Part shown: positions 1 to 23,708 of the stretch, in pieces
How the letters are laid out: each line of letters opens with the position of its first letter
Position numbering within the stretch: the first letter of the stretch is position 1
DNA from: Amoebidium appalachense
Taxonomy: Eukaryota > Protista > Ichthyosporea
DNA length: 64,000 nucleotides
Reading direction: 5' to 3'
Assembly: GCA_963693365.1 (NCBI GenBank)
Contig: CAVNZM010000018.1
Coordinates: 1,695,399-1,759,398, forward strand
Translations under genes and position numbers: made by a program
Notes under the pieces: generated by a model
Seen by the model: the letters and a program-made list of their open reading frames with translations, nothing else
Database searches by the model: none
What the model was told of the DNA's origin: nothing

Positions 1-930
1 TTGGGACCGGACCATATATCGAAAGCGCTACAGGCCCAGGTTTAGAACAGTTGTTAGATAAAAAGGAGGCAACTTCTGCTTCAAGGAAATTTGCCAAGGG
101 TTTAAGCTCTCTAGTTCTCTCTTTCTTGATCCAAGCGGCGAGAAGGGGTAAACCATATTCACATGCCGGGAAGACAAAAGTGCGAATAAATGTAAGTCTA
201 ATAGAAGGATGGAGGGGTGTGTATTTCAAAATATTAGCAGAGAAGAAAGCTAACCGCTTACGAGCCAGCTCTACCCTCTTTTCGACCATATGGGAAAACA
301 TAACACCAACAGAATTAACCGGAACACCAAGATATTTGTATTCTGGGACTATAGGTACAGGTTTAGATGATAATGTAAATGTGTGTAAATTGTTAGCTAT
401 ATCAGGTACAAGAACACCACATTTGTCTATGTTAAGGATCATAAGGTTTGCCTTGCACCACTCTGACACTACATCGAACAATCTTTGCAGGCGTCTAGGG
501 GTACGGGCAAGGAGGGACAGATCATCAGCATAGAGAAGTGCAGGCGGAAAGTTAAATTATTAATAGGGTCATCATTTTCGGCATAAATCTTGACAGCCAA
601 ATCATCTATAAATAGATTAAACAAAAAGGGGCTAAGCAATGAACCCTGCAAGAGACCTCTAGTACGAGCAAAACCATATGAAAGATGCCCATTAACCACA
701 GCTCTACCATAGGTTTGAGACAAGAGTGCTTCTAACAGAACACCAATGCAGTGTGGTACACCCCGTGCAGCAAGCTTTTCCCATAGGAGACCAGGGAAGA
801 CAGAATCGTAAGCAGTTTTCCAATCAATAAAACCAACATATCGTGCACCAACTTGCATAGAATCGTGCAGTGCCATTATTTGAACATAACATGAATTATA
901 TCCCAATGAAAACACACCTTTGAACGTATA
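1..930 (-). mobile_element. Non-LTR retrotransposon (LINE) reverse transcriptase fragment, 5'-truncated and frameshifted; runs off the left edge
   Basis: ORF 469-999 gives RT motifs FIDWKTAYDSV and RGLLQGSLLSPFLFNLFIDDL. After a frameshift near 550 another frame reads LLYADDL (521-538), NIDKCGVL, EYKYLGVP and TFVFPACEYGL, which are typical LINE RT/thumb motifs. Confidence 0.93.
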
Positions 931-1433
931 TATTTTATTGATAAAGTGAAAGGCACTGGTTCCGGCCCAACACCCACCGCTGGCCAGCTCTGTCATCATT
1001 CAAAAACCCGACAACCAAAAAAGCTAGAAATTTCGAGATGTGGGGACAGAAACAGAAAAAACGGGGGAAATTATAACATTTCCAATGCATATCACTGATG
1101 TGCATGCGTTTGTATGACTAAACGGCATCTACATACCATTGGCATAATACTAGGATTTGGGAATTTTTATTAGTAATGAAAAATGCACTAGGTACATGTG
1201 TGTGTATGTGTGTGTCTGTGTGTTCATGTGTGTGCGCGCGCGCAGGTACGCGCCCGCGAGTCTATGTGTTGTAAGTGCAAATGTGCGATCACGTGAGCAT
1301 AGTCGACTAGGTGAGCACGCACCACGTTTGTTCCTCGATCAAGTGCAAAAACTATGCTATCTTTACACAGGGTCCCCCAATAGAGACCCTTTTCCTATTG
1401 GAGGAATATCACGTCTGCAGAAGTATTTGTGGC

Positions 1434-2275
1434 TCACTTTTGGCGCTTGAAGATTTTCTTTGCAAAGTCCATAAAAACGGCCTCAGGGATGGAGCCGGCC
1501 TCCTTCTTGATGAGGTCCAAAAGCTGTACGTGTACGTGTACATGTGTGTGTGTACGTGTGTGTGTACGTGTACGTGTGTGTGTGTACGTGTCTGTACGTG
1601 TGTACGTGTGTGTGTACGTGTGTGTGTGTACGTGTGTGTGTGTGTACGTGTGTGTGTACGTGTGTGTGTGTACGTGTGTGTGTGTGTGCGCGTGCGCACG
1701 CGCTTTCATGTGGTGTGAGTGAGTATGGGAGTGAGTGAGCGAGTGAGTGTCCGCCTGTGTGTGTGCCCATGGGTGCACGTGTTTGCATTCATGTGCACGT
1801 ACGTATGATTATGTTGGGGCAAAAAAAAAAAAAAAAAAAAAAAAAAGGCAGAGATATTTTGAAATTAAGGAAAATAACCATACCATGCGAAGTATTCCCA
1901 TCTCTCTCCACATATACACATATGCACCCTTTCTTCTCCCCCCCACCCCCCCTCCCCCCAGAGACACACACACACACACACACACACCCTCTCTTCCCCT
2001 CTCCCTCGTTCCTCTCTCTCTCCCTCCCCCCTGTCATGTGCACACACACATAGGCTCTCTTTTGTCCCCTCCCCCTTCCCCCCCCCCCCTCTTTCTTGCT
2101 CCCTCTCTCTTTCCCCTTCCTCACCTCTCTCCATTCCCTTCTCTCACTCTCTCTCATGCACGCACACACAAACACACATCCTCTATCTCGGCTAACACCC
2201 CCACCCCCCCCCTCTCTCGTGTGCTCCCCCCTCTCTACTCCCTTCTCTCTCGTCATTTCGCTCTCTCTCTCTTTC

Positions 2276-2312
<37 letters not shown>

Positions 2313-3062
2313 CCCCCCATCCCCCCCCCCCCACCACCCCCCCGCCCCTCCCTCTGTCTTTCCATCAAGTCAGTTTTTTTTTTTTTTTTTTTGGTGGTGT
2401 GTGTGTGTAGCGAGAAGGGCAGGAGTGGGGGAGGAAGGGAGGGGGGATCTGAGCAGGTACGGTACCTCAGCATAGGTGGCCTCCTCGTAGTCCTTGAAGA
2501 CCTTTTCGAGGTCCATCTGCCGGTACAGTTCCTGCATGCCCATTGGTCAATATAAGCCATTAGGGTTGAGCCAGATTTATGTGTATTAAAGAGCCACAAT
2601 TGGATGCATCACACAGGAGAGAACAGAGGGTACAGAGTGTGTGTGTGTGTGTGTGTGCGTGTGTGCGTGTGTGTGCGCGCGCGCGCGCGCGTGTGCGTGC
2701 TTGTAGGGGAGATGTGTGTGTGTGCCCTGTGCCCAGTGCCTCACGGTTCCTCTGCGTATGTGCTTGTGGTTTTTTCTTTTCTGGAGGGGGGTTGGGTGGG
2801 TTTGGGGGAAGGGGGGGGGGGAAGGTTTCAATGCGCCATAAAGTACGAAGTACACATGAACAACGGATAACACGATGCAGAGTGCAAACCGGGGAGAGAG
2901 GGGGCGGGGGGAGGGGGGGGGGGGGGGGGGGGGAGAACACACACCTTGACCTTTGCCTCGTTGTCTGCGTTCTTGCGTGCATAGTTGTCCACAAGCACCT
3001 GTTCAGGCGTAAGGGGTGTATCGGATCACTATCGTGAAAACATGCACGCACATGCCGCCACG

Positions 3063-3120
<58 letters not shown>

Positions 3121-3815
3121 TGCTCACGCACGCACACATTCCCCCCGCCCCCCACCACCCAACCTGACCCCCCTGCTCACCGACTCTCATCTCTCCACCC
3201 CCCCACCCGCCCACACACACACTCACACCTCCCCCTTTCTCTTCCCCCCCCCCCCCCCCCCCCGCGCCCCATCAAACACACACACGTACACACGCACCTT
3301 TCTCTGCTCGGGTGTGGCCCTGAGCAGTGCCTGGCATACCAACCACGAGCACTTGTTGTCTTGGATGTCCGTGCCGATCTTGCCGATCACCTCGGGCGCA
3401 CCGTAGCAGTCAAGGTAGTCGTCCTATCGGATTAAATCGTTAAAACTTACTTGAATTTTCAATTCCTTTATACATGTTTGGAGAGTGGGTCCGTAGCAGT
3501 TTGAATTAATTGTGTCATCGGAATAGATGCTTAACATTTTTAACAGCTTTATAGCGATGGCAATCCTGTCAGATGGACAAGTTTATTATATATCCGGCCA
3601 ACCATAGCAGTCCAGATACTTAGAAAACGTTAAAATTTTGAACTGCTTTATAATTTTGAGTAGAAAACCAGGTCCGTCGCAGTTTAGGTAGTTGCGCCGA
3701 AAGGGGGGGGGGGGGGAGGGGGGAGGGGGGGTAGGTACCTGAATTTGGAAGTATTCGCCCATGACAAGAAGAATCTTCTCGGCAGACTTGAAAAGGGCGG
3801 GCTCAGTGATGCCAG

Positions 3816-3862
<47 letters not shown>

Positions 3863-4224
3863 TGTGTCAGTGTGTGTGTGTGTGTGTGTGTCAGTGTGTG
3901 TGTAGTAGTAGTAGCTGTGTGTGTGTTAGTATGTGCCTGTGTGCAGATGCATGTGATCCGTTCTTGGGCTGTGGTTGTGTGTGGTGGTGTGGGGCCACGC
4001 TATGCAATATACGGACATGTCTGCTAGCGCAGAAACACTCATGTTATCTACGATGTGTTGCTCAAGTGTTAGAAGGGAAGCGGGGGTCGGGGCGGGCGGG
4101 GGGGGGGGGGGGGGGGGGTTTGAATGCGTCAAAAAGTACGAAGTACACAAGAACAAACGGACAACACGATGCAGAATGCAAGCCATACATAAAGAGTATG
4201 CATAATAAGCAGAGCCCATCCTCA

Positions 4225-4260
<36 letters not shown>

Positions 4261-4352
4261 ACGTCATCCACAGTACCCGAGTTTCGAACCATTCACCTCG
4301 TCAACGAAACCCAACTCAGATACTGTTTCACTTGAACATGGGTGGGTCTCCC

Positions 4353-4398
<46 letters not shown>

Positions 4399-4990
4399 TG
4401 GATGGTACCATAATCATAGCTTCGGCAACGGGGAGGTAGAAGGAGTAATAGGCAGTCTTGTACTTGACAATCAGCTTGTACCTGCAGCCTTACGTAAGTG
4501 TATTGCCATATATGGGCAGAAGGGAGACGCTATGATTGGCCAGAAAGAATTGACTACTGTCGTCATTCGTAAGTGTTGAAGACGTGCAAATGACGTTTTC
4601 ACACAGGAATGCTGTGGAGTATTCAAAGGGAACACGAACATAAACATGCTTACACATTAGCAGGAGGGGGGGATCACCGGGGGGGAGGGGAGGGGGTTTG
4701 AAGGGGGTAAGAATGAAGTTCAGGCATTTGCTACGGACAACAAAAAGCGATTTTTTTTTTAAAAAAAGAGAGACAGAGAGAGAGACAGAGAGAGAGAGAG
4801 GAGCACAGGCAAAGAGAATGTGCTTCATCGAGGTGTGTGTGTGTGTGCTGGGGGGGGGGGATGATTGGTGTTAGAATGCACCATAGAGTACGAAGGACAC
4901 ATTCCTGACAGACAACACAACGCAGAGTGCAAACCACACACAAAAGATTATAACAAGCAAACAGGGGGGAAGGTGTCTGTGTGTGTGTGT

Positions 4991-5021
<31 letters not shown>

Positions 5022-5122
5022 GGGGGGGGGATGATTGGTGTTAGAATGCACCATAGAGTACGAAGGACACATTCCTGACAGACAACACAATGCAGAGTGC
5101 AAACCACACAGGGGGAAGGTGG

Positions 5123-5153
<31 letters not shown>

Positions 5154-5877
5154 ATTTACTTCTCGAGTGTGAAGCGAGTGAGGTCGATTGAATCCTCCGG
5201 GGCAGTAATCAGGTCATGAAGCTGACCAACCTCGGTCTGCCACGTGGTCTGGTGGGATTTAACGTTAAATTTTATGCATATAAATAGATAGCATTCAATG
5301 AACGATTCTGCAACTTTCATAGCTATTCCAAGCTGAAATCTGGGTTTCAACTTGACTTTCACGAGTATCTGATATTCCACTTTAAGCTTTCGACCTTCTC
5401 AATTAAACCAACCACCCGCTTCTTCCATTTTAGGGGCTGGGCCGCAAGCCACATCGTGTGATGTCATTTGTTAACAATTGTCACGCAGCCGTTTTGGCGC
5501 TCAGCTCGATAAAGGCGTGAAATCGTATGTTGACATCGGTAATGTGACCTAACCTGATTACGCCTTCTGATTGGTGCGAGGCATCTGAGAAAAGTGGCTC
5601 TCGGCTGCTCGCCGCCCAGACACTAAAATGGGAGAAGCGGTGCTTGGTTTAATCTTAAAATTGATTTTGGAAGTATCATTATCGCTATTTCATGAAAACG
5701 AACATACGATATTGCAGTAAAGCATCAGAGTGGGGTGGGTGGTGGTGGGTTGGGGGGGGGGGGGGGGGGGGGGGGGGTTCAAATAATGGAATAAAATTAA
5801 AAATCACACACCCTCAAAAACAGTTCCGCCCTGCTAGGAATGCTTTCCATAAAGGAGGAAAAAAAGCGTGATTGGAG

Positions 5878-5958
<81 letters not shown>

Positions 5959-6553
5959 TTCTATGAATATAAAATCATATGCCTGCAGGAACAGCTAGAG
6001 CAGTGAGGGAGTAATCAAAGTTATAACATTAAAAAACGACATATTCCTAGATAGAAGTTCAAAATATAAAATCACGCACCTGCAGAAACAGCTCCACCAG
6101 TGCAATGTAGTAGAAGCTTTCATCACAGTATTATTAAAATACATAATAGCAGTCGAATATAAAGTATAAAATCATGCACCTGCAGAAACAGCTTCACCAG
6201 TGCATCCTAGTAAAACCTTTTATCATAAAACTATTTAGAATATAAAAAATAAAATCACGTACCTGCAGGAACAGCTCCACCAGAGCCAGATAGTAAGTCT
6301 CGCCGCCAAAGTACCTCTTGAGCATCTGGTAGATGTTGGCCTCCAACATAATGCTGTCGTTGATGGCAATGTTGCCCACCCCGGGCTGTGTAGCATAAAA
6401 ACATTGCTGTCAGCAGTGCAAACCATGAAATTTCATGATATTTGGGTAGCATAAAAACATCAGTGTCAGTGTTGTTGCGCCCGAAATTTTCACGACATTT
6501 GCATGGATGCCCTCTCTGTGGCCATGCTTGTGTTTATATTTGCATATCCCCGC

Positions 6554-6586
<33 letters not shown>

Positions 6587-8328
6587 ACACACACACACAA
6601 ACACACATCACCCACCAACCCACATACACACAACCACGACCTCCACCACCACCACTCCCTTCCTCTCTCTCCCCCCACTCTCCCCCCCCCTGCCCCACAC
6701 ACACATACACCCTTGCTCGCTCCCCCCCCCCCCCACCTTCCCCCCTCCGCCTCACTCCCTCCCTCCCTCCCCCTCCCCCCCCCCCCCCCTTCCCCCCCAC
6801 CCACCCACCCTCCGGGAACCACAAATAAAAACAGATCTCTCATTCACCCAACCTTCAAACACAGACTCCGTCTACTTTGCTAGTACTCAAATATCACCCC
6901 TCCCTCCCCACACACCACCCCACGGCCACCATATACCCATGAAATCTAACCAAAGTCCCCCTATCCCCTCTCCCTCCCCCCCCCCCCCCCCCTCCCCACC
7001 CACCCACTCACCCGATCACCTACCGAGCGCGAGCGTGCATACAGACACATACACACACACACACCATCTTGTACCAGCAGGGCTGGCCACGACGGGTGAT
7101 GGAGGCATCCATCAAATCATCGGCAACGAGGAAGAAGGCCTGGAGCTGTGTGTGTGTGTGTGCGTGTGTGTGTGTACACGTGTGTGTGTGTGTGTGGTGG
7201 TGTAAGTGTGTGACTGTGAAAGAGAGTGAGAAACAGAGAGGGGAAGGGGGGGGGGGGGGGGGGGGAGAGAGAGAGAGAGAGAGAGTGTGTGTGTGTGTGT
7301 GTTGTGTTGTGTAAGTGTGAGAAAGAGGGAGAGAGAGGGAGAGAGAGGGGGGGGGGGGGGGGGGGGAGTGTGTGTGCGTATTTGTGTGTGTGTGTACGTG
7401 TATGTGTGAGTCTGCGAGCCAGGGAGTGGAGGAGCGGGATATATGCATCGTAGTGTGACAACTTTGGACGTAAAAAATTCAAAAAACTTCAAGTCATCCA
7501 CAGTACCTGAGTTTCAACCCATTCAACCCCATTCACCTGTCAGAAAAAACCCACCTTAAATATAGCTGGCCAGGGCCACTTGTGCAAGGAAGGGGGGGGG
7601 GGGGGGGGGGGGGGGGGGGTGATGTATGCATTAGAGTTCGGAATATGGAGGGGCGCAGGGAGGGAGGGGGAGGGGGGAGAGGGAGGAAAGGGGTGGAGAG
7701 GCGTGGAGGGGGGGTGGGGGGAGGGGGGGGGGGGGGGGGGGGGGGAGAGAGAGAGAGAGACAGAGAGCAACATACCCACTCAACAGCCCATCCCAGAACA
7801 AAACACCTGAAGGTCTCCTCTCCGGTGGGTTGGCGGGGGGCAACGAGAGAGCGGTAGGCATGGAAGACGGAACGGCCACGGTTCATCTTACCACCGGGCA
7901 CGTTGTGGTCCATGTTCTGTGTGTGTGTGTGGGGGGGGGGGAGGGGGGGGGGGGGAGGTTGTGTAGGGTGGGTCTGTGTGTGTTGTTGGGGTGGCAATGT
8001 CTGTTTGTAGGGGTGTGTGCGTGTGTGTGTGGGTGGAAGTGTGCGGTGTGTTGTTAGGGTGGGAAGGGGGCAGGGTGTGCAAATGGACATAGGTGTTTTG
8101 TTAACTGTTTGTGTGTTATGGTGGAGGGGCGGGGGGGGAGGGGGGAGGTGTGCATGTACGGTGGGTGTGTGTTATGTGTAGGTGAGTGTGTGCGGGTGTT
8201 GGTGCATGTATGTGTGTGGAAGAATGGGCTATCGGGGGATGGTAGACGCGGGAGGGGGGGGGGGGGGGGGAGGGAACGAGAGAGACAGGGGAGGGAAGGA
8301 GGGGGGGTGCGGTGGGGGGGGAGGGGGA

Positions 8329-8360
<32 letters not shown>

Positions 8361-9642
8361 AAAGTGTACACACGGGCACACAAACACAAACCCACTCACA
8401 CGCACAAGCAGACATTTGCACCCATATACATACATGTACACTCACAACCCACACCCGATTGCCGTTACACGCACACCAACACACACACACACACACACAC
8501 AAACAAACACACACACACCTTCTTGAACCACTCGAGGGCATCTGCCGACACACCCATGTTCTGCATGTCGTTGACAAGGTCCCGGCTGAGTATGTTGTAC
8601 ACTGCCATGAACTGTGGTAGAAAAAGGAGGGGGAGGGCGGAAAAGAAAAAGGGGGGGAAGAGATTGAAAGAGGGAGAGACGGGGCGGGGGAGGCATGAGA
8701 GGGAGAAAGGGGAGGGGGGGGACCAAGAGCCGGGGGGGTTTGAATGCGTCAAAAAGTGCGAAGTACACAAGAACAAACGGATAACACGATGCAGAATGCA
8801 AGCCATACATAAAGAGTATGCATAATAAGCAGAGCCCATCCTCAGGGGGAGCCCACGTCATCCACAGTACCCGAGTTTCGACCTATTCCCCTCGTTAACG
8901 AAACCCAACTCAGATACTGTTTCACTTGAACATGGGTAGGTCACCCGTCTTGATCAGAGACGAGCAGGGTTGCTTATGCAGGCAAGGGCAGTGGGAAAGG
9001 GCGGGGGTTAAAGTGCAGCAGTAAGCAGAAGCAAGAAAAATATGGATAGGAAGTCAGGAGACAGGGCTTCTAGGAAGCTTCCCCGTCGCTACCTAAGTCG
9101 ATACTTCCCTGGCTAACATACTACACCAGCTGAAAAGAATTAAGTCCCAAAGGCCGAAGAATTCGCAATCAGATGGGAAAATATGAGATTTGACCCACAC
9201 CGCAGGGTAGTAACACGCATACTAAGGCGGAACTTTAACGTCTTCGAACGGAAAGCTATGCCCCCGGATGTCAGCCGGAAATATGGTATCACCCATTGCT
9301 TTGGGCTTGAAAAAAGCCAAATCGATAGTCCGAGTTATGTTACGCCGGCGGGTATAATGCCGCATGGGTTCCAAGGGAGCTGTCGCCAACAGAGCGGTGT
9401 GTGCATGCGTGCGTGTAACCCAATGTGTGAAGTGTGTCTATAGCTATGAGAGGGGTAATGCAGAAGTGGACAGATGAAATGTGTGAAGAGATAAACAGTA
9501 GGAAGAAAAGTAGACACCGGTGTGTGCAACCCCGCACAACATACATACACACACACACACATAATTAAGCGAAGATTACAGGTAATCAACCAGAACAACA
9601 AATGACAAGCAAAACAACAGGCGCCAAAAAAAAAAAAAAAAA

Positions 9643-9681
<39 letters not shown>

Positions 9682-10076
9682 GGGGGGGGGGGGGGGGGGA
9701 TGGGGCAGGGGGAGGGGGAGGGGGTCTTAGGGATGCTGCAGAATCGTCAGATATTAGACAAATCGTACCAGAGGGGGGGGGGGGGGGGGGGGGGGGAATA
9801 CAGAAAGAGAGCAAGAGGGAAAGAGGGGAGAGGAGGGGGAGTTAGGGTGTGGGTCACGGCACGAAGCACAACTACACTGAGAAGCACCTATCACGACACA
9901 GGAGGCATAATGGTGTGCAAAGAGAAACAAACCCATGCAACAATAGCGAAGCATAGTATGCAACATAAGAAGAGAAAGGGGGTGGAAGGTGGAAGGGGGA
10001 GGGGGAAGGGTGGGAGAAAGAGAAACGGAGGGAGAGACAGGGATAGAGCTATATAGGGAGGGTGGGGGGGGGGGGG

Positions 10077-10117
<41 letters not shown>

Positions 10118-10219
10118 GGAGAGATGGAGGAGAGGGGGGGGAGAGCGGGAGTGTGTGTGTGCGCGCGCGGACAAGTGTCGGTATGCTTGTGTGTGTTGTG
10201 AGCAAGCACAACACCGAAG

Positions 10220-10263
<44 letters not shown>

Positions 10264-10973
10264 TTGTTTGTGTGTGCAAGTGCATGTACGTGTATGTATG
10301 TGTGTGTGTGTGTGTGTGTGTGTGCATCAAAGCGGAGTTGCAGTAGCTGCCACATACCGACATGTCTGCGGAAAGCATGATGGGATAGAAGATCTGGTGT
10401 TGGGCAAGCGTTGACTGTACAGAGCAGGTAGGGAAGGGTGGGTGGGTGGGTGGGTTGGGGGGGGGAGGGGGGGAAGGGGGGGAGGGGGGGGGAAGGGGGG
10501 GAGGGGGGCACACACACATGCAAAAGATGAAGTTTCGGGGGAAACCAACACATGAGCTATTAGTAACCATGTCTGCAAGACCGCCAGAAATATTTCTAAA
10601 CCCATCCTGTAGACCAATATGGCCCACATTCACACACACAGGGAGAGAGGCACACAGACACGACCGTGCTCCTGCTAGCACACATGGATACAGAAACACA
10701 AACAGACACAGATGTAAACCGAGGCACACGCACGCACCCACGCACGCACGTATACAGTGACACCCAAGAAATGATATAAGCAAGCACAAGCACACATCCT
10801 TATTCACCCAAACACACGCACGCGCGAACATTCACGGACTCTCGTCTGTTCACTACTTTCTTTGTCAATCCAAGTACCTGGTCAAATTCATCTGCGTCGG
10901 TGCCGATGCGGCATTCTTCCAATATAGACGCAGGAATGGTCTTGAGAACCGCAATACCCGTAGAGAACGCCAT
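1434..10973 (-). CDS. FDPS: Farnesyl diphosphate synthase, 11 coding exons, about 369 aa
   Basis: GT-AG exons with consistent phases: 10973-10878, 8611-8519, 7916-7776, 7145-7065, 6385-6263, 5248-5160, 4481-4409, 3816-3739, 3423-3298, 2998-2945, 2531-2466, 1523-1434 (12 segments counting the first exon). Motifs: [35 protein letters not shown] (FARM), [29 protein letters not shown] (SARM), [15 protein letters not shown]-terminal KIFKRQK*. The first exon is the least certain. Confidence 0.96.
5798..6200 (-). repeat. Four decayed tandem copies of the 3' end and splice donor of FPPS exon 6263-6385
   Basis: aaaatcac(g)cacctgcag(g/a)aacagctccaccag-like units near 6168, 6068, 5971 and 5798 match 6251-6285. 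Confidence 0.8.
8738..9626 (-). mobile_element. About 0.9-kb non-autonomous dispersed repeat, long copy 1, in FPPS intron 1
   Basis: Near-identical reverse complement of 18539-19436. Shorter copies sharing the same end lie at 2825-2889, 4118-4346, 16393-16493 and 19471-19630, with internal fragments at 7490-7522 and 20466-20525. No credible protein. Confidence 0.85.
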
Positions 10974-11559
10974 GTTTTATAAAGTTATGAGCTATGATCT
11001 CGCACAGATGGGAAAAACGATGTTTTGCCTCGGAGAGGCTGTGTGCTCAGAAGAAACTCAGTTTTTGTCCGGTGGATTGGTTGTTGTTTTGGCCAGGTCA
11101 CATGGCCGCGCCAATTTTAATGTGAGCTCGCATTTGATTGGAGAAGCATAATGACATCAAAGTTATTGGTAAGACGGGTAATATTGTAAATGGTTTAAAT
11201 CCTGAAATATCGTTTTAAAACAACCAGAGAGTGGTTTTTAAATAGGTCTGAATATTATGATATCACGGATACCAAAAAGTGATCAAACGAGCACAGTAAG
11301 CCAATCACCATGCACGTGCGCTTTTTCTTTTTTTTAGTCACTTCAACAAACGAGGCTAATTGTTAGGATGTCGACAAAATAAGCAAACCGTTGAACACCA
11401 GACCTGTGCGCCAAAAACTTCACATCAGCTGATGCGTGTATGGGTGTACACTTTTTCGGTAGCCTACCACCAGGCCAACTATTCCCACCTCTCCCCTCTT
11501 TCCTTCCCTGTCTCGCTCCTTCTTCCCCGGGCACAAATACAAATAAACCCCGCAAAAGT

Positions 11560-12137
11560 GTGCGTGTGACTTTGGACTGCCACTTACTTATTAGACATGT
11601 ACATAATCACAAAATAATTACGCAATATAACAAATGGAAAAAGATACCACACGACACCAGATCCGATGAAAGCATACACCTTGAAAAACTAAGCCTTATG
11701 TCTCATTTTATATATAATGACACACGCCTTAACCGTATTGCCAAATTTAATATGGCACTCGCAAATGTGTAACACCTAAATACATATTACCTTCCTGTAG
11801 AATTGGTCTTTCTCTAGCTGATGGTATTATTGATCACATACCACGCTTTTATTGTACACGTGCTATACAGTGGAGATCTAATAAGTATAAGGTGGCATCG
11901 TTTGCATGCCCAAACAACACACTCAAACACACCAGTTTACGCGGTCATGTATCGCCAAATGTAGTTTGATAGACCACATAATACCGCAACACACACAAGA
12001 CACATTCACAACAGACACCCAGAAAGATAGCCTACCTGAGAATTACAACATCCTTGATTTTATTCTAAATACGCGTAACTATGACCTGTTTATTAGATGT
12101 ATTGATTGGCTTGAGAAACACATCATTACAAAATTCT

Positions 12138-12139
<2 letters not shown>
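11560..12139 (+). mobile_element. LINE 3'-end relic (C-terminal Cys/His region of an RT protein), disrupted
   Basis: Across a stop and a frameshift it reads KYILPSCRIG..ADGII..RAIQWRSN..FACP then FTRSCIAKC..YNILDFILNTRNYDLF*, resembling C-termini of fungal/protist LINE ORFs as I recall them. It is followed by (CA)n. Confidence 0.6.
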
Positions 12140-12210
<71 letters not shown>

Positions 12211-12248
12211 CCAGCTGATACCGAGTGTCCCAGGGGATCCCGAAAAAG

Positions 12249-12316
<68 letters not shown>

Positions 12317-12866
12317 TGTGCCCGTGCACGTGTGTGTGTGTGTGTGTGTGTGCGTTTCATGTGTGGGTGTGGGTTAAAATATGTATAATTGCAGTTTGCC
12401 GGTTTAAGTGCCACAAAGTGTGCGTGGTACATGTGGGTGTGTGTTTGTTGGTGAACGTAGTATGCATGTGAACTGTAATCACGTGTGTGTCCGGATCCTA
12501 TATGCGTGGCCATGGTGGGGGTGGCCTATATCTACCTTGTTGGGGCCACGGGAGTGGGGTTGCGCTCAGTCTGTCATATCGGCTAAGGCACATGCGCAGC
12601 CTGGAACACCCACCCCCTCTCCCTCCCTCCCCCTTCCCCCCCCCCTCCCCCCCCCCCCCCCCCCCCCCGGCCTCCTAACCAGCTTCCAAAATCCGAGTCC
12701 GACAACGGTCGCACGGATCAGTTACGTTTGAATAGATGATAATGCACCAATCATGAATGCGTTTCTATGTACGTGGACATTCCGATCTGCCACCCGGTGA
12801 TAGACATTGTGTTCAACAAACGCAAAGAAATTAGCCATTATTTATTTATCTGCAAAACTAACTAAT

Positions 12867-12914
<48 letters not shown>

Positions 12915-13289
12915 GGCCACTTTATTTTTTACCTCCAATTCCATCACCTTTGTACAAATCCTTTGTTATCATGACGCACGGCGCGCACGGGGATCCCCCA
13001 ACACTCAGATGTGTGGGGCGAATCGTATGTGTGCAACAGCGGATTTTCCGATTTTCCAGTTTCGACAATTAGGCCACGCAACAATTCCGTTACAGACATA
13101 GAGCTGCATGTGGCCCTACATATAGTAAAAATCAATAAATTTACTCTAAAAAGGGGTATCCTGGTATAACGGAGCTTTATGTTTCGTAGTTACTAGTTGC
13201 ATACTGTTACACACATATGGAAACGGGGTCTCAAATTCCCGGGAGCATGGTTACACACATACGAGTCGCCCCACAGTGGGAAGTTTTGG

Positions 13290-13547
13290 GGATCCCGCAC
13301 CGAAAACCGTGGGCCAATAGCCGCACCGAAAACCGTGGGCCAATAGCCGGGGCCCGATCATCTACAGCAACCAATCAACGCGCACCAGCACTGTGAATGG
13401 TAGATTAGCCTAAAATAGTAATTAATTTTTTCCGTTTTGCCGTTTTGAGCAAAATCGTCACAGCCAGTTCCGAAAGTTTCTCCGGCCTTTTCCCGCTGAA
13501 GTTTTTCAACTGAAATCCGGCGTAAGGGCAGCCTAAGAGGCGAAGAG
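13290..13547 (+). promoter_or_regulatory. Probable PITP promoter and non-coding first exon
   Basis: Tandem 26-bp duplication ccgcaccgaaaaccgtgggccaatag containing CCAAT, a further CCAAT at 13371, a strong donor gag|GTGAGT at 13547/13548, and an acceptor ttccacAG at 14342 upstream of the Kozak-like gccaccaccATG. Confidence 0.55.
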
Positions 13548-14385
13548 GTGAGTGATGTAAGGGGATAAGACCCAGCTCTTAGTTTATGAGGGTCGATAAT
13601 GGGCCGGAGGGCCAGGGTGAGAGCGGGGGCAAGGGGAGAGGGGAGGGGGGGCGGGAGGAGTGGGGAGGGGTATCAAGAGGAAAAGGTTGATGGGATGTTG
13701 GGTGTCGAGGACTCAACGGTAAGGGAGAGGTTAACATGTTATGGTGGACCATATGGGAATAGCACCTTCTACAGAGTTGATGATGAGGTATAATAGAATT
13801 TTGGAAATGTTGAAGACGAGAAGTTGGGTTTTGCTTGTGTTGATGGAGGGCCCGGCTACTCTGGTATAGTGAGCGGTTTGTAAGGGTAGTTAGGAATATA
13901 TGGTGTGCATGCCTCGAGTATTCGGCAGGAAAGAACGGTTGTTAGTGGATTGTTGAATGAGTCGGTAATAAAAAAAAGAGTGTGGGGGGTGGGGGGGGGG
14001 GGAGGGGGGGGGGAAGGGCGAGTACACGCTTAGCCTAGTTTCAGAACAAAGGTGGAAAGAGAGCTTGAGTGTGGGATCGGCTCACAAAGCTTTGCACAGA
14101 TTTGGGATGCAGTTCCTACGAAAATTTAGCGCAGTGGAGCATAAGCTTGACACGGAGGACAGTTGGTTCACACTTGTTTCACCCGGACGAGAGTTTTTCT
14201 TGTTCCTTTTGCATGAAGTCTGTACCTTCCAAAAAAAAAGGAGAAGGAACTCAAGGTTAAGTTTGTCGGTAGGTATGACGATGTGGGCTTGTTTCTTTTT
14301 ATGGCAGGTTGCCCGGATGTGCTAATTCTTTCCTTTCCACAGAAAACATCACCTAGATCGTAACGTGGGATAGACAGCCACCACC

Positions 14386-23708
<9,323 letters not shown>

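Noticed and set aside
51-533. 160-aa plus-strand ORF
   Set aside because: Antisense to the LINE reverse transcriptase frame.
9183-9443. Conserved 86-aa ORF in both long repeat copies
   Set aside because: Conservation is explained by recent duplication; the copies differ by non-synonymous changes and no domain is recognisable.
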